From: Fidelibacterota bacterium
GTDB taxonomy: Bacteria; Fidelibacterota; Marinisomatia; Marinisomatales; TCS55
Reading direction: 5' to 3'
NCBI GenBank assembly: GCA_018674655.1
Contig: JABGZQ010000064.1
Coordinates: 9,019-73,018, forward strand
Length of the DNA: 64,000 nucleotides
In this document: piece after piece, positions 7,840 through 18,250 of the stretch
Position numbering within the stretch: position 1 is the first letter of the stretch
Layout: every line of letters begins with the position of its first letter
Made by a program: the position numbers and the translations under genes
Notes under the pieces: model-generated
Seen by the model: the letters and a program-made list of their open reading frames with translations, nothing else
What the model was told of the DNA's origin: nothing
Databases searched by the model: none

Positions 7840-10677
7840 ATGACAAAGATAGTAGACAAAATAATCATAAAAGGTGCCCGGCAACATAATCTGAAAAATA
7901 TTGATGTAGAAATTGAGCGCAACAAACTTGTAGTCATTACGGGGCTGTCAGGTTCTGGAAAGTCTTCTTTGGCGTTTGATACTCTGTATGCGGAAGGTCA
8001 GCGCAGATATGTAGAATCTTTATCCTCTTATGCACGGCAATTTCTGGGATTAATGGAAAAACCAGATATGGATTATATCGAAGGATTGTCTCCTGCTATT
8101 TCAATTGAGCAAAAAGCCACAGCCCGGAATCCCAGGTCCACCGTGGGGACAGTCACAGAAATCCATGACTATATGCGGCTATTATATGCACACATTGGGA
8201 AGCCTCATTGTTGGATTTGCAACCGGCCGATTCAACGCCAGACGGTACAGCAGATTGTGGATACAATTATCAAATTTGGAGACGGCGCCCGCATCTATAT
8301 CTTGGCGCCGGTAGTTCGAGGTCGAAAAGGACAACATAAAGGCGTTTTTGAAGAAGTGCGGAAAGAAGGATTTTTACGCGTTCGGGTGGATGGGGTCATC
8401 CACGGCGTTAATGGAAAACTCACGTTAGAAAAAAATAAAAAACACTCTATAGAAGTTGTCGTTGATCGCCTTGTTTTAGAGGGAGATTTTAAAGAGCGTC
8501 TCACAGAGTCTGTGGAATTATCATTAAAAATTGGTTCTGGATTAACCATTGTCCATGAACTGCCCAGGAAAGACCATTTGTTTAGCGAACATTTTGCTTG
8601 TCCCCACTGCGAAGTTTCCATGGAAGAATTATCACCCAGAATGTTTTCATTCAATTCACCCTATGGCGCCTGCCCTCACTGTGATGGTTTGGGGTCTCAC
8701 ATGGAAATTGATCCCGAAATGGTGGTGCCGGACAAAACGAAATCCCTCATCCAAGGCGCCATTGTTCCCCTGGGAGAACAACCACGGGGAAATTGGTATG
8801 GCAGTATTTTAAAAAGCCTCTCCCGCCACTATAATTTTAATTTTACCACGCCTTGGATAAAACTGGATCGGGGAATCCGAGAAATATTATTAAATGGTAC
8901 CGGTTCAACTAAATTAAAAATGAAATATTCATCTGAAAGATGGAGTGGCACTTATACCGGTGGGTGGGAAGGAACAATTCCAAACCTCATGCGTCGATAT
9001 AAACAAACCAAATCAAACCATATACGCGATTGGATTGAACAGTTTATGAGCATGCGTCCCTGTCCGGAATGTAATGGTTCTCGGTTAAAGGAAGAGTCTC
9101 GAGCTGTAACAATCGGGAATGTTAGTTTGGGAGAATTGTCTTCCTATTCCATTAAAAACACAGGTGCATTTTTTAGATCACTTAAGTTGGGTAAAACAGA
9201 TGTCACCATTGCCCATCAAATATTAAAAGAAGTTCAAGAGCGATTAAGTTTCTTAATTGATGTAGGTTTAGATTACTTGACCCTAGATAGATCTGCTGCT
9301 ACTCTGTCGGGAGGAGAAGCACAGCGAATAAGACTGGCGACTCAAATTGGGAGTCAACTGGTGGGCGTATTATATATTTTAGATGAACCATCTATTGGCT
9401 TGCACCCCCGAGATAATGGTCGCCTGTTAAATTCTTTGAAAAAACTCAGAGACTTGGGAAATTCGATAGTGGTGGTTGAGCACGACCAAGAAACCATGGA
9501 ATCGGCCGACCAAATTATCGATTTGGGCCCCGGCGCAGGAGAACATGGTGGTGAAGTAGTGTTTTCGGGTTCTCCTAAAAAGATGCTCACATCTGCTACA
9601 TCAATTACAGGTCAATACCTAACGGGTAAAAAAGCTATTCTTATACCACCAAACCGCCGGAATGGTAATGGAAAACTTCTCACTGTTACTGGAGCGCGCG
9701 GAAATAATTTAAAAGAAATTGAAGTTTCTTTTCCGTTGGGTAAAATGGTTGTTGTCACCGGCGTAAGTGGTTCAGGAAAAAGTACTTTATTGAATGAAAC
9801 TGTTTTTCCAGTGCTGTCAAAAGAATTAAATAGGGCCAGAGCTTATCCCTTGCACCATGATTCTGTTTCTGGGTTAGAGTATCTTGATAAAGTTATTGAA
9901 ATAGATCAAAAGCCCATAGGTAGAACCCCCCGTTCTAATCCAGCTACATATACAGGGGTGTTTACTTTTATTAGAGATTTGTTCTCTCAACTTCCAGAAT
10001 CAAAAATAAGGGGCTATAAGCCTGGTCGATTCTCTTTTAATGTAAAAGGTGGACGGTGTGAATCTTGCGAGGGAGATGGGATAATCAAAATTGAAATGAA
10101 CTTTCTCCCCGATGTTTATGTGACATGTGAGGTATGTAAGGGGAAGCGATACAATCGCGAAACGCTGGAAATAAAATATAAGGGAAAAAACATTGCAGAT
10201 ATTTTGAGTATGTCCGTTGAAGAAGCATTAGGGTTTTTTAAAAATATTCCTCCGGTGAAGAAAAAATTGATTACACTCAACGATGTAGGATTGGGGTACA
10301 TCCGCTTGGGCCAACAGGCCACCACATTATCGGGAGGAGAAGCACAACGGATTAAATTAGCGACGGAGCTATCTCGCGCGTCAAAAGACCGAACTTTTTA
10401 TATCCTGGATGAACCCACAACCGGGCTCCACTTTGGAGATGTAAAACTGCTTTTATCGGTTTTACAGAGATTGGTAGATCAGGGTAACACAGTTGTGGTC
10501 ATTGAACATAACCTAGATGTTATTAAATCGGCTGATTGGATTATTGATTTAGGTCCGGAAGGTGGCGAAGAAGGTGGACAGCTCATTTTTTCCGGAACGC
10601 CGGAAGCATTGTCTAAATATCCTGGTTCTTATACGGGATCTTTTTTAAAAACGGCATTAAATGGAAAGCGTAAATAA
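7840..10677 (+). CDS. uvrA: excinuclease ABC subunit UvrA
   Basis: Two ABC modules ([24 protein letters not shown]; LSGGEAQRI twice) and zinc-finger CxxC pairs (CPHC...CPHC, CPEC, CESC...CEVC). The ORF opens at 7768. I place the start at ATG 7840 ([21 protein letters not shown]), the usual UvrA N-terminus. Confidence 0.95.
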   Translation: MTKIVDKIIIKGARQHNLKNIDVEIERNKLVVITGLSGSGKSSLAFDTLYAEGQRRYVESLSSYARQFLGLMEKPDMDYIEGLSPAISIEQKATARNPRSTVGTVTEIHDYMRLLYAHIGKPHCWICNRPIQRQTVQQIVDTIIKFGDGARIYILAPVVRGRKGQHKGVFEEVRKEGFLRVRVDGVIHGVNGKLTLEKNKKHSIEVVVDRLVLEGDFKERLTESVELSLKIGSGLTIVHELPRKDHLFSEHFACPHCEVSMEELSPRMFSFNSPYGACPHCDGLGSHMEIDPEMVVPDKTKSLIQGAIVPLGEQPRGNWYGSILKSLSRHYNFNFTTPWIKLDRGIREILLNGTGSTKLKMKYSSERWSGTYTGGWEGTIPNLMRRYKQTKSNHIRDWIEQFMSMRPCPECNGSRLKEESRAVTIGNVSLGELSSYSIKNTGAFFRSLKLGKTDVTIAHQILKEVQERLSFLIDVGLDYLTLDRSAATLSGGEAQRIRLATQIGSQLVGVLYILDEPSIGLHPRDNGRLLNSLKKLRDLGNSIVVVEHDQETMESADQIIDLGPGAGEHGGEVVFSGSPKKMLTSATSITGQYLTGKKAILIPPNRRNGNGKLLTVTGARGNNLKEIEVSFPLGKMVVVTGVSGSGKSTLLNETVFPVLSKELNRARAYPLHHDSVSGLEYLDKVIEIDQKPIGRTPRSNPATYTGVFTFIRDLFSQLPESKIRGYKPGRFSFNVKGGRCESCEGDGIIKIEMNFLPDVYVTCEVCKGKRYNRETLEIKYKGKNIADILSMSVEEALGFFKNIPPVKKKLITLNDVGLGYIRLGQQATTLSGGEAQRIKLATELSRASKDRTFYILDEPTTGLHFGDVKLLLSVLQRLVDQGNTVVVIEHNLDVIKSADWIIDLGPEGGEEGGQLIFSGTPEALSKYPGSYTGSFLKTALNGKRK

Positions 10678-12998
10678 TGAAATCACCCAAAGAACTCGAA
10701 CAATATTATCCTTATTGGGAAGTGACCAAAGATTTAATTGATCAATGTATAGATATAATGTTGAACTTAAGTCAAAGCGGTCATCCTGGTGGCTCAAGAT
10801 CAAAAGTCCATGCCATGGTAGCGACCCTTCTTTCTGGTGCCATGCGCTGGGATATACGGGAAGCGGGAAAACGGTTTTCAGATCGCTATGTGTTAGTGGC
10901 GGGCCATGCCAACCCAATGGTATATGCTACATTGGCGGTGTTAAATGAAGCCATGCGGATAAAACACCGTCAAACCGGTGATTCCAAGTACCAACATAAC
11001 AAAGGGGAAGAATTCCAACTGGTTTGGGAAGATTTATTGACGCTTCGCCAGAATGGTGGGTTGCCCGGCCATGCAGAAATGGAAGGCAAAACCTTATTTT
11101 TTAAATTTAATACAGGGCCCAGCGGCCACGGTTCTCCAGCTGCTGCGGGTGAAGCATTGGCATTAAAGTTAGCTAAAACATCTGAAGTAAAAGTATTTGC
11201 CTTTGAAGGTGAAGGTGGCTTTACAGCTGGCGCTTCTCACGAGACAATAAATTCTGCATGGGGATTGGGGTTGGGGAATCTCGTGTATTTTATGGATTGG
11301 AATGACTTTGGTATCGATGCCCGGCCCTTTAGTTCGGTTATGTATGGCACACCAGAAGATTGGTTTGGTTCTCACGGTTGGCATGTAGAGGGAACAATGA
11401 ATGGTGAGAGTTGGAATGAATTAACTGAAGCATATTATCGCCTTTTGATAGAAAAAGCTGACCCCAATATTCCAAAAGCACTTTATGCCCGACTGCGTAA
11501 AGGACGTGGGTATTATAAATACGATAATGCGAGTCACGGCGCAGCCCATAAACGGAACTCTGAATTATTTTGGAAAACAAAACAGGATTTCGCTGAAACT
11601 TATAATGTAAACTTTGATGGATTTGGTTCTAATGCGGCACCGACTTGGGAAGGCCAAGTAGACCAGGCTCGATCCCTATTTAACAATGTTTTTTCGGTGT
11701 TAGAATCGAACCAATTATTAGTGAATTACTTAACGGATACGCTCACATCTGTTGGCGATTCCGTACCTGAAGAAATTGATGGTTGCAAAATCACCGTAAA
11801 AAACCCCGCAAAAGATAAAAACCTTTTTAATGTGAATACCCTCCCAGATGATTTATTTGCCTCTCCGGGAACAATGGCCCCCAACCGGGTTGGGTTTTCT
11901 AAATACGCCAGTTATATCAATTCAAAATCTATTGAGAAATATGGACGGCCATTGGTGATTGCCATGAGTGCGGATCTGGCTGATTCAACGAATATTTCCG
12001 GATTTGCAAAAGGATATAACGGTTTACCTGATTTAGGGATGTATGATAAAATAAAAAACCTTGAGAGCCCCCTCATGCCTCAAGGAATTACCGAATTTGC
12101 GAATGCGGGTATGTTGGCAGGGTTAGCAACGGTGAACTTAAATGAAGATCCATATGAAGAATATAATGGATATTTTGGTGCAATGAGTACATATGGGTCG
12201 TTTAGCTATTTAAAGTATGGGCCCATTCGACTTTTTAGTCAGATCGCTCAAGATTCCAATTTTAAAGTGGGAAAACTCATTTGGGTCGCCGGTCACTCGG
12301 GTCCGGAAACGGCAGAAGACAGCCGGACTCATTTTGGTATTTTTTCTCCAGGAGTGACTCAACTGTTACCTGATGGTCAAGTGATAAATATACACCCATG
12401 GGAGCACAATGAAGTGGCCCCTGCTTTAGCGGCGGCTTTAGCCACGGATATTCCAATTGTTGCTGTCCATTTAACCCGCCCGCCTATAGAAATTCCTGAT
12501 CGCGAGGCATTGGGAATGGCTACTCACCTGGATGCAGCGAAAGGTGCATATATTATCAAGGAATATGATATGAATCGACCAAAGGAAGGACTTGTGATTG
12601 TCCGTGGTACGAGTTCAACAAATTCATTAGTGGAGATTTTACCCAAATTGAAACTGAAAGGACCGAATGTTAAAGTGGTGGCTGCCATTTCTTGGGAGTT
12701 GTTTCAACAGCAAACGGAAGGCTATCGCCAATCTACGATTTCGAACCAGGAATGGATGGATGCCATGGTCATTACCAATGGCGCCAAACGATTGATGCAT
12801 AAGTGGATTGCCAATCGGGTTGTAGAAGAATACAGTATGAGTCCTGATTTCGACAACCGCTGGCGATCAGGTGGTTCTCTGGATGAGATTATTGCAGAAT
12901 CCAAACTTGATTCAGAGAGCGTTTGGGAGGGGATTAACCAATTTGCCCGTTCGCGCAAACAGCGGTTAGCTTCTATTCAGGAATCTATTCCTGAATAA
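10677..12998 (+). CDS. transketolase-family ThDP enzyme, unusually long and divergent
   Basis: 773 aa with TK motifs in order: SGHPGGS, LVAGHANPMVY, LPGHAE, TGPSGHG, FEGEGGFTAGASHE...DWNDFGID (ThDP/Mg site), ITEFANAGM, GHSGPETAEDSRTHFG. The ATG overlaps the uvrA stop by 1 nt (TAATG). Confidence 0.75.
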   Translation: MKSPKELEQYYPYWEVTKDLIDQCIDIMLNLSQSGHPGGSRSKVHAMVATLLSGAMRWDIREAGKRFSDRYVLVAGHANPMVYATLAVLNEAMRIKHRQTGDSKYQHNKGEEFQLVWEDLLTLRQNGGLPGHAEMEGKTLFFKFNTGPSGHGSPAAAGEALALKLAKTSEVKVFAFEGEGGFTAGASHETINSAWGLGLGNLVYFMDWNDFGIDARPFSSVMYGTPEDWFGSHGWHVEGTMNGESWNELTEAYYRLLIEKADPNIPKALYARLRKGRGYYKYDNASHGAAHKRNSELFWKTKQDFAETYNVNFDGFGSNAAPTWEGQVDQARSLFNNVFSVLESNQLLVNYLTDTLTSVGDSVPEEIDGCKITVKNPAKDKNLFNVNTLPDDLFASPGTMAPNRVGFSKYASYINSKSIEKYGRPLVIAMSADLADSTNISGFAKGYNGLPDLGMYDKIKNLESPLMPQGITEFANAGMLAGLATVNLNEDPYEEYNGYFGAMSTYGSFSYLKYGPIRLFSQIAQDSNFKVGKLIWVAGHSGPETAEDSRTHFGIFSPGVTQLLPDGQVINIHPWEHNEVAPALAAALATDIPIVAVHLTRPPIEIPDREALGMATHLDAAKGAYIIKEYDMNRPKEGLVIVRGTSSTNSLVEILPKLKLKGPNVKVVAAISWELFQQQTEGYRQSTISNQEWMDAMVITNGAKRLMHKWIANRVVEEYSMSPDFDNRWRSGGSLDEIIAESKLDSESVWEGINQFARSRKQRLASIQESIPE

Positions 12999-13082
12999 TG
13001 CTGCAAAAATTTGACGACCCCCCTTCATTTTTGTACCTTCCACCCCTGATTATGCACGCTTTTTTTCTATTTGAGTTCATAA

Positions 13083-14102
13083 ATGACTGAAATCCATATA
13101 ACAGACCCGCAACCATTTGAAGATGATCTTGTTGTTGAGAAATCCCTTCGCCCAAGCTCCATGGATGAATTCATTGGGCAAAAGGATGTGGTTGACAGTC
13201 TAAAACTCTATATCGAAGCAGCGGGAAAAAGGAATGAAGCATTAGATCATGTTCTTTTATTTGGTCCACCTGGGTTGGGGAAAACAACACTTTCGAATAT
13301 TATAGCCAAGGAATTAAGCGTAAACGTTAAACAAACTTCGGGTCCTGTTTTAGAGCGGGCAGGCGATTTAGCCGGTGTTCTCACAAACCTACAGGGAAGA
13401 GATGTGTTTTTTATAGATGAAATCCACCGTTTGAATTCTGTAGTAGAAGAATATTTATATTCAGCTATGGAAGATTACCGAATTGAAATTATGATTGATA
13501 AGGGCCCCAGCGCTCGCAGTGTTCAACTCAACATTGAACCATTTACTTTGGTTGGCGCTACTACACGGCTGGGAAACTTGACCTCACCGCTTCGAGATAG
13601 ATTTGGCGTTGTGCTTAGGGTAGACTATTATGATCCACAGGATTTATTCCAGATTGTTACACGCTCTGCGGACATTTTGGACGTAGAAATTGATGATACT
13701 GGCGCAATGGAAATCGCACGACGATCAAGGGGAACGCCTCGAATAGCCAATCGTATATTGAGACGAACAAGAGATTATGCTCAAGTAAAAGCCCGTGGAA
13801 AAATTGATGAAAAAGTGGCCAAAGCATCTCTTGAATCTCTGGGGATTGACGAATATGGATTGGATGATATGGATCGCGCTATTTTGGCGGCCTTGATCGA
13901 TAAGTTTAACGGTGGGCCGGTAGGGGTGAACTCCTTATCTGTCGCTGTTAGTGAAGATGCGGCAACCATAGAAGATGTATATGAACCTTATCTAATTAAA
14001 GAAGGGTTTATTCAGAGAACCAACAGAGGTCGCATCGCACAAGAACAGGCTTATGCCCTGCTGGGAAGAACAATTACTAAAAAACAACAAAGGTTATTTT
14101 AA
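13083..14102 (+). CDS. ruvB: Holliday junction branch migration helicase RuvB
   Basis: 339 aa. [12 protein letters not shown], Walker [11 protein letters not shown], Walker [21 protein letters not shown]. Confidence 0.95.
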   Translation: MTEIHITDPQPFEDDLVVEKSLRPSSMDEFIGQKDVVDSLKLYIEAAGKRNEALDHVLLFGPPGLGKTTLSNIIAKELSVNVKQTSGPVLERAGDLAGVLTNLQGRDVFFIDEIHRLNSVVEEYLYSAMEDYRIEIMIDKGPSARSVQLNIEPFTLVGATTRLGNLTSPLRDRFGVVLRVDYYDPQDLFQIVTRSADILDVEIDDTGAMEIARRSRGTPRIANRILRRTRDYAQVKARGKIDEKVAKASLESLGIDEYGLDDMDRAILAALIDKFNGGPVGVNSLSVAVSEDAATIEDVYEPYLIKEGFIQRTNRGRIAQEQAYALLGRTITKKQQRLF

Positions 14103-15154
14103 TGATACAAAAGAAGAAAAAATGGAAACTGGCAGATTTTGACTACCCATTACCAGAAAAATATATTGCTCAATATCCAGCAAAACGCCGGGATTTAGCA
14201 AAGATGATGGTTGTTCATCGTGACACAGGAGAAATAGAACATAAAATATTTTCAAATCTTCCTGACTATTTACGAAAAAACGACCTAGTTATTATGAATA
14301 ATACAAAAGTGTTCCCAGCGAGACTTTATGCCAATAAAGATCGTACAGAGGCAAAAGTGGAAGTCTTTTTATTGCGAGAATTAGAGAATGATCTCTGGGA
14401 AGTCATGGTTCGCCCGGCGCGAAAAGTACGCATTGGTAATAAATTGATGTTTACAAAAGATGTGTATTGCGATGTTATTGATAATACCATTTCTGGTGGA
14501 CGGGTTGTTCGTTTTGAATATGATGGTCAAGAAATTTATGATGTCATTGATCGGGTGGGAATTTCACCCTTACCGCCCTATATCAAACGGGAATCGGAGC
14601 CCAAAGATAAAATTCGCTATCAAACAGTTTTTGCGTCAGAGCGGGGTGCGGTTGCGGCACCAACAGCAGGTCTTCACTTCACCGATGGATTAATAAAGCG
14701 CATTCATGATAAGGGCGCTAAAACTGCCTTTACTACATTACATATTGGCTTGGGGACATTTCGTCCCGTTCAGGTGGAAGACTTAAATCGCCACCAAATG
14801 GATTCGGAATATTTTGAAGTGAATCCAAAGACAGCGTTAGCAATCAATGAAACAAAGAAAAAGCGCAGACGGGTTATTGCAGTGGGAACATCTACCGTAA
14901 GATCGTTGGAGACAGTAGCTGTTTCCGGATTTCAAGTGTCCCCCAAGCGTGGCTGGACGGATAAATTTATTTATCCACCTTACGATTTTAAAATGGTTGA
15001 TGGTATTATCACAAACTTTCACCAACCCAAAAGTACATTAATGATGATGACATCCGCATTTGCGAATCGTGATTTAATTATGAAAGCATATCGTTTAGCC
15101 AAGAAAAATGATTATCGATTCTTGAGCTATGGTGATGCCATGCTGATTATCTAA
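14102..15154 (+). CDS. queA: S-adenosylmethionine:tRNA ribosyltransferase-isomerase QueA
   Basis: 350 aa. FDYPLPEKYIAQYP, PLPPYIKRE, AAPTAGLHFT, AVGTSTVRSLE, YRFLSYGDAMLI. There is a 1-nt overlap with the ruvB stop. Confidence 0.93.
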   Translation: MIQKKKKWKLADFDYPLPEKYIAQYPAKRRDLAKMMVVHRDTGEIEHKIFSNLPDYLRKNDLVIMNNTKVFPARLYANKDRTEAKVEVFLLRELENDLWEVMVRPARKVRIGNKLMFTKDVYCDVIDNTISGGRVVRFEYDGQEIYDVIDRVGISPLPPYIKRESEPKDKIRYQTVFASERGAVAAPTAGLHFTDGLIKRIHDKGAKTAFTTLHIGLGTFRPVQVEDLNRHQMDSEYFEVNPKTALAINETKKKRRRVIAVGTSTVRSLETVAVSGFQVSPKRGWTDKFIYPPYDFKMVDGIITNFHQPKSTLMMMTSAFANRDLIMKAYRLAKKNDYRFLSYGDAMLII

Positions 15155-15175
15155 ATATTTAGCAGAGTATCAATT

Positions 15176-15859
15176 ATGAAAATTACAGTTGTCATCCCGG
15201 CTGCAGGGAGCGGTAAGCGGTTTGGTGAAAATAAACAACTCAAAATATTGGGTGACCGCCCATTAGTGTTTCATACACTAAAGCCATTTATTGATTCTGA
15301 ATTAATCAATGAAATTGTAGTTGTGGCACCTAAAAATGATGTGCAGCAATTGAGCCGGGAACTCAAGTCCATGATTTCAGTAAAGTCGGTAATGGTTGTG
15401 GCCGGTGGGAATACACGACAAAAATCAGTCTTTAACGGACTGAAAGCAGCGAGTGATTCATCGGAACTCATTTGTGTTCACGACGCAGTAAGACCCTTTG
15501 TGACAAAAGAGTTAATTGAAAAAGCAGTAAACGCCTGTAGTGAACATGATGGTGTAATCGTGGCTCAATCATCCACAGATACAATTAAAAAAGTCATGGA
15601 TGACCAGATTATGGAAACACTCCCCAGAGAAACAATTTGGCGAGCTCAAACGCCCCAGGTTTTTTCTAAATCTGCATTGCAGGAGGCGTTAAAAATGGCG
15701 GAAGATGAAAATATCCAGGGGACGGATGAAGCTTCGCTTTTGGAGAGAATAGGCTATCAAGTGGGCTTTGTGGAGGGATCGTCTTTGAATATTAAAATTA
15801 CAACTGAGGAAGATTGGGTGTTTGCAGAAGCAATATTTAATCACATACAACATGATTAA
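15176..15859 (+). CDS. ispD: 2-C-methyl-D-erythritol 4-phosphate cytidylyltransferase IspD
   Basis: 227 aa. VIPAAGSGKRFG, VHDAVRPFV, RAQTPQVF. Confidence 0.9.
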   Translation: MKITVVIPAAGSGKRFGENKQLKILGDRPLVFHTLKPFIDSELINEIVVVAPKNDVQQLSRELKSMISVKSVMVVAGGNTRQKSVFNGLKAASDSSELICVHDAVRPFVTKELIEKAVNACSEHDGVIVAQSSTDTIKKVMDDQIMETLPRETIWRAQTPQVFSKSALQEALKMAEDENIQGTDEASLLERIGYQVGFVEGSSLNIKITTEEDWVFAEAIFNHIQHD

Positions 15860-16328
15860 AACAGGCATAGGATACGATGTACATCAATTGGTTGAAGGTG
15901 AAAAACTCATTCTCGGTGGCGTAGAAATTCCCAGTGAAATTGGTGCTGTTGGCCACTCCGATGGTGATGCATTAATTCATGCCATTGTGGATGCCTTGCT
16001 AGGTGCGGCTAATCTTGGGGATATTGGGGCATTATTCCCCAGCAAAGACGACCAATGGAAAGGTGCAGACAGTTTACACTTTCTAAATGTAGCTGGAGAT
16101 AAGGTAAGGGGGGCCGAATTTGATATTAATCATGTTGACTCAGTTATTATACTTCAGAAGCCCAAATTATCGGGATTTATTCCGGAAATGAAATATAAGA
16201 TAGCCTATACTCTTCAGATAGATGAATCGCAGGTTTCGGTGAAAGCAACCACAACAGATCATCTGGGATATATTGGAGAAAGCAAAGGTGTTGCTGCCCA
16301 ATCTATTGTAACAATAATTAAAGTTTAG
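15852..16328 (+). CDS. ispF: 2-C-methyl-D-erythritol 2,4-cyclodiphosphate synthase IspF
   Basis: GIGYDVHQL and GHSDGDALIHA motifs. The ORF opens at 15822. I place the start at ATG 15852 (MIKTGIGYDVH), which forms an ATGATTAA overlap with the ispD stop. Confidence 0.9.
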   Translation: MIKTGIGYDVHQLVEGEKLILGGVEIPSEIGAVGHSDGDALIHAIVDALLGAANLGDIGALFPSKDDQWKGADSLHFLNVAGDKVRGAEFDINHVDSVIILQKPKLSGFIPEMKYKIAYTLQIDESQVSVKATTTDHLGYIGESKGVAAQSIVTIIKV

Positions 16329-16330
16329 TC

Positions 16331-17167
16331 ATGGGCATAAGTTGCCCCACCTTTTCTAAAGTAAATATCGGCCTGAAAATATTGGGCCAACGCGAAGATG
16401 GGTACCATAATATATATACGGTTTTTCAGGAACTGGATTTTGGAGATTCAATCACCATTAAACAAGCGGACTCTGGGTGTACCATATCGTCAAATGTGAA
16501 TTGGATTCCAACAGATGAATCCAATATTTGCTACAAAGCCTACACAGCATTAAAAAGAAAATTCCCTAAATTGGGTGGCGTGTCAATCCATATTAAAAAA
16601 TGGATCCCTGCCGGTAGTGGTTTAGGGGGCGGTTCAGCCAATGGTGCTGCTGTTTTAAAAGGGTTAAACAAACTATACAATCTTGAACTTTCAGATGATG
16701 GGTTAGAAAAAATAGGGTCCGAAGTTGGGGCCGATGTACCATTTTTCATAAAAGGGGGCACACAATTAGGCGAAGAAATTGGAGATAAGCTGACGCCTCT
16801 CCCCCGCTCTGTCGCTGGTGTTTATCTTCTGGTTTTTCCTAACTTATCCATCAGCACAGCTTGGGCATATTCGGGAATAAAAAATAAATTGAAATCGAGA
16901 ATAGTATTACCTAATTTCGTAGGCTTTTTTAGTGGGGATAACTCCTCACTTGAGATATTTGAGAATGATTTTGAACGGATCGTGATTCCAGCATATCCGG
17001 AGATTGGTGCCATTAAGTATAAATTGCTTGAGTTGGGCGCCCGGTTTGCCAGTCTGTCGGGCAGTGGCTCGACTGTGTTTGGGATTTTTGACGAAGACAC
17101 TTCTGCAAAAGAAGCCGAGTTATTTTTCCATCCCGCATACCAGACCACTTTGGCCAACCCCACTTAA
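16331..17167 (+). CDS. ispE: 4-diphosphocytidyl-2-C-methyl-D-erythritol kinase IspE
   Basis: 278 aa GHMP kinase. KVNIGLKILGQREDGYHNI, IPAGSGLGGGSANGAA, LSGSGSTVFG. Confidence 0.9.
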   Translation: MGISCPTFSKVNIGLKILGQREDGYHNIYTVFQELDFGDSITIKQADSGCTISSNVNWIPTDESNICYKAYTALKRKFPKLGGVSIHIKKWIPAGSGLGGGSANGAAVLKGLNKLYNLELSDDGLEKIGSEVGADVPFFIKGGTQLGEEIGDKLTPLPRSVAGVYLLVFPNLSISTAWAYSGIKNKLKSRIVLPNFVGFFSGDNSSLEIFENDFERIVIPAYPEIGAIKYKLLELGARFASLSGSGSTVFGIFDEDTSAKEAELFFHPAYQTTLANPT

Positions 17168-17209
17168 GTCTCCTTTTTTGAATCACATTTTCCAATACAA
17201 AATAAGTAT

Positions 17210-17280
17210 TGGGGCGTCGTCTAACGGTAGGACACCTGGTTTTGGTCCAGGCAGTCGGGGTTCGAGTCCCTGCGCCCCAG
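17210..17280 (+). tRNA. tRNA-Gln (anticodon UUG)
   Basis: Hand-folded cloverleaf. Acceptor TGGGGCG/CGCCCCA; D stem GTCT/GGAC; anticodon stem CCTGG/CCAGG with loop TTTTGGT (anticodon TTG); T arm CGGGG-TTCGAGT-CCCTG; discriminator G. CCA is not encoded. Confidence 0.9.
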
Positions 17281-17290
17281 CAGAAAGAAT

Positions 17291-18235
17291 ATGGATAAAA
17301 ATCTAAAAATATTTTCCGGTCGGAGTAATCCAGTTTTAGCTCAAAAAATAGCTGATTCTTTGGGTATAAACCTAGGTGTATTATCGATCAAAACCTTCTC
17401 TGACGGTGAGCTGTGGATTAAGTTTGAGGAAAACATACGTGGTAGAGATGTTTTTATCATTCAACCGACGAATAGCCCTGCTGAAAACATACTAGAATTA
17501 GTATTGATTATTGATGCAGCTGTTCGGGCTTCCGCCAACACAGTTACCGCAGTGATACCTTATTTTGGATATGGCCGACAGGATCGAAAAGATAATCCAC
17601 GGGTGCCGATTTCATCAAGAGTGATGGTTGATTTAATGACAGCTACGGGTGCAGATCGAATCATAACGATGGATTTACATTCAACCCAGATTCAAGGGTT
17701 TGCGACTATTCCTTTTGACCACTTATATAGTCGTATGGTTCTAATGGATGCAATTACCAATTTAGGGTTTGATCCAAAAAAATCTGCGGTATTGGCACCG
17801 GATGTAGGATCAGCGCGAATGAGTCAAGCATATGCAAAAAGATTAGGCATGCACTTCGCATTAATTGATAAACGTCGATATGCCCCGAATAAGGCTGAGG
17901 TTATGCATTTGATTGGAGAATTAAAAGACAAAGATGTTTTAATCATTGATGACATGATTGATACAGCGGGAACTACAGTCAATGCAGCCAATGCTGCAAA
18001 AGAAAATGGGGCAAAGAGCGTGACGGCTATAGCGACGCATGCAATATTGTCCGGTCTGGCCATAGATCGAATTAAAGAGTCAGCAATTGAAAAATTGGTG
18101 GTGACAGATACAGTATCTATCCCGGAAAATAAAAAATTAGATAATATGGAAATTGTAAGTGTGGCGCAGGTATTTGGAGAAGCGATTCGTCGAGTATATG
18201 ATGGTGAATCGGTTAGCGCCCTTTTCGAATTTTAA
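17291..18235 (+). CDS. prs: ribose-phosphate pyrophosphokinase
   Basis: 314 aa. KIFSGRSNPVLAQKIA, YFGYGRQDRK, DLHSTQIQGFF-like, PRPP-binding loop LIIDDMIDTAGT. Confidence 0.95.
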   Translation: MDKNLKIFSGRSNPVLAQKIADSLGINLGVLSIKTFSDGELWIKFEENIRGRDVFIIQPTNSPAENILELVLIIDAAVRASANTVTAVIPYFGYGRQDRKDNPRVPISSRVMVDLMTATGADRIITMDLHSTQIQGFATIPFDHLYSRMVLMDAITNLGFDPKKSAVLAPDVGSARMSQAYAKRLGMHFALIDKRRYAPNKAEVMHLIGELKDKDVLIIDDMIDTAGTTVNAANAAKENGAKSVTAIATHAILSGLAIDRIKESAIEKLVVTDTVSIPENKKLDNMEIVSVAQVFGEAIRRVYDGESVSALFEF

Positions 18236-18250
18236 ATAGAGGTAAGAAAA

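Noticed and set aside
17210-17280. tRNA-Gln as an integration site for a genomic island
   Set aside because: Both flanks are conserved housekeeping genes (ispE, prs-rplY-pth) in a widely conserved order. There is no integrase, and I noticed no repeat of the tRNA 3' end nearby.
17004-17306. 100-aa ORF spanning the ispE 3' end, the tRNA-Gln and the prs start
   Set aside because: It runs straight through a clean tRNA cloverleaf and overlaps two confident genes. It is spurious.
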